Source: Amoeboradix gromovi X-113 (Eukaryota; Fungi; Sanchytriomycota). Taken from it: 9,459 bases of DNA. Made by a program: the position numbers and the translations under genes. The stretch's first letter is position 1. Every line of letters starts with the position of its first letter. The notes beneath the pieces were generated by a model. It was not told where the DNA came from. It did not search any database and saw only the letters and a program-made list of their open reading frames with translations. This document shows, one piece after another, positions 8,332 to 9,459 of the stretch. The stretch spans positions 1 through 9,459 of the forward strand of contig JADGIF010000389.1 in the NCBI GenBank assembly GCA_018985225.1, written 5' to 3'.

Positions 8332-8336
8332 TTATT
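8322..8336. terminator. Inverted pair of AATAAA signals at the ZNG1 3' end
   Basis: AATAAA-TTA-TTTATT. On the minus strand AATAAA encodes the final Asn-Lys directly before TAA; the plus-strand AATAAA is at 8322-8327. Confidence 0.45.
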
Positions 8337-9272
8337 GTTAAATCTAGGCAATTGCGACAAATTTTTGCCAATTATGATCATTTCCGATATGCTATCTACA
8401 TTCTCATATTTTAAATCATAGAACTCATAGGTGTCCATTATCCCCTGCAATCCTTGCTTACAAGGCATAGAATCAAAAGCAAAATATCCTTTGATTCGAA
8501 ACACTTCATATTCCTTAGATTCCCATAGAGTGTTCATTAGCCAAACCTCAAATACGTCTTTTTTCAGATTGACAGTAAATCTGAAATTCAAAATGGAGTA
8601 ATTATTCAAATGCAAGCCATCAGTTTCTAGTAGAACTGGAGAGGACTTACTAAAAAAGTGATTGTTCACAATATCTGCAACATCAACAACCGAATTATTT
8701 GTTTGCATAAACTTGGCTGTGGGATTTATATCAGTCAACTGAGACACCAAGTATTCGTCTGAACGCTCGCTGTATTTGTTAACAACAACTATGTTGGCGT
8801 ATTGAATCTGTTTATCTCGAATGTTGCCGTCTAACTTTCGGTGTTTATCAAAATTGACAGCATCTACTACTGTGACTATCCCGTCTAGACGAATAGAACT
8901 TTCTAATGCTTCATCAACCCATAAATCATTTGCAATAGGACCTGGGTCAGCGATTCCAGTTGTTTCCAATATAATGCAATCAACCGGACGCTGCTCAACG
9001 ACTCGCTCTAAGGTAGAAATAGTGGCACCTCGAACAGTACAACACACACAGCCACTTGGTAGATCAAGTAAATTTAGTTTAAAGTCATCAGTTTCAGTGT
9101 CCAAAGTCCCCTCACTTAAGGTTTGGTCGATTTTCTGTGAGTTCTCGCCCACTTCGTTTATTATCACTGCGATCTTTAAGCCTTTGTTATTCCTAAGGAT
9201 GTGCTTTATCATTGTAGACTTTCCCGACCCTAAAGCACCAGTCAATATTGTAACTCCAACTTTTTGTAACAT
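8328..9272 (-). CDS. ZNG1: Zn-regulated G3E GTPase metallochaperone, ZNG1/CBWD/CobW (COG0523) family, 314 aa
   Basis: Walker A GALGSGKS (9216-9239), KIAVIINEVGE, GCVCC metal motif (9039-9053), LETTGIADPGPIA, eukaryotic-type LWVDEALES..RLDGIVTVVDA, and CobW_C FRIKG...IIIGKNL. Confidence 0.92.
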   Translation of the reverse strand: MLQKVGVTILTGALGSGKSTMIKHILRNNKGLKIAVIINEVGENSQKIDQTLSEGTLDTETDDFKLNLLDLPSGCVCCTVRGATISTLERVVEQRPVDCIILETTGIADPGPIANDLWVDEALESSIRLDGIVTVVDAVNFDKHRKLDGNIRDKQIQYANIVVVNKYSERSDEYLVSQLTDINPTAKFMQTNNSVVDVADIVNNHFFSKSSPVLLETDGLHLNNYSILNFRFTVNLKKDVFEVWLMNTLWESKEYEVFRIKGYFAFDSMPCKQGLQGIMDTYEFYDLKYENVDSISEMIIIGKNLSQLPRFNNK

Positions 9273-9459
9273 AATACAAAACTAGAAAAGCCTTCTAAAA
9301 CAAAAGTTTCAAAAAAGTAGAAGTAATTAAGCAGATGGGACATCAAATATAAAAACTGGACTAACTTTCAGTAACAACTTGGCACATTATTTCAGCTTTA
9401 TTAATTTTATGGATTTAAGAGGCTAGTGGACATTCAGCTAGTTGCGGAGTTGACGAGTA

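Noticed and set aside
482-9272. General stop-codon reassignment (TGA=Trp or TAR=Gln)
   Set aside because: About 2100 codons in four genes contain no internal stops. All ~20 Trp codons are TGG despite the AT richness, and TAA ends two genes at plausible C-termini.
482-9272. Functional metal-homeostasis cluster (Rieske plus ZNG1)
   Set aside because: The two genes are separated by unrelated housekeeping genes, and adjacency in a compact eukaryotic genome is not evidence of linkage.
8821-9285. 154-aa plus-strand ORF
   Set aside because: Antisense shadow of the conserved ZNG1 gene, with no motifs.
9282-9390. Possible 5' intron of ZNG1 (minus-strand GTTAGT...TTTTAG/TTCTAG)
   Set aside because: Neither acceptor joins the nearby upstream ATG exon (MCQVVTE) in frame, and there is no clear branch site.

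Overview
AT-rich (roughly 35% GC by eye), gene-dense eukaryotic DNA with four apparently intron-less genes in the standard code. They are: a protein with a C-terminal Rieske [2Fe-2S] domain and an uncharacterised helical N-terminus (+); a CDK5/Pho85-family kinase (-) whose G-loop lacks the T14/Y15 sites; a 1237-aa NBAS/Sec39-like ER tethering protein (+); and a ZNG1/CobW (COG0523) Zn-chaperone GTPase (-). The layout suggests a compact, fast-evolving, intron-poor genome such as an early-diverging fungus or relative (inference only). The strongest unexplained signal is a pyrimidine-to-purine strand-asymmetry inversion inside the NBAS-like ORF, visible at synonymous sites. Also notable are a ~1.65 kb probable decayed gene (6654-8331, -) and AATAAA signals abutting stop codons. 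I saw no RNA gene, CRISPR array or intact mobile element, and no evidence that the four genes form a single functional system.
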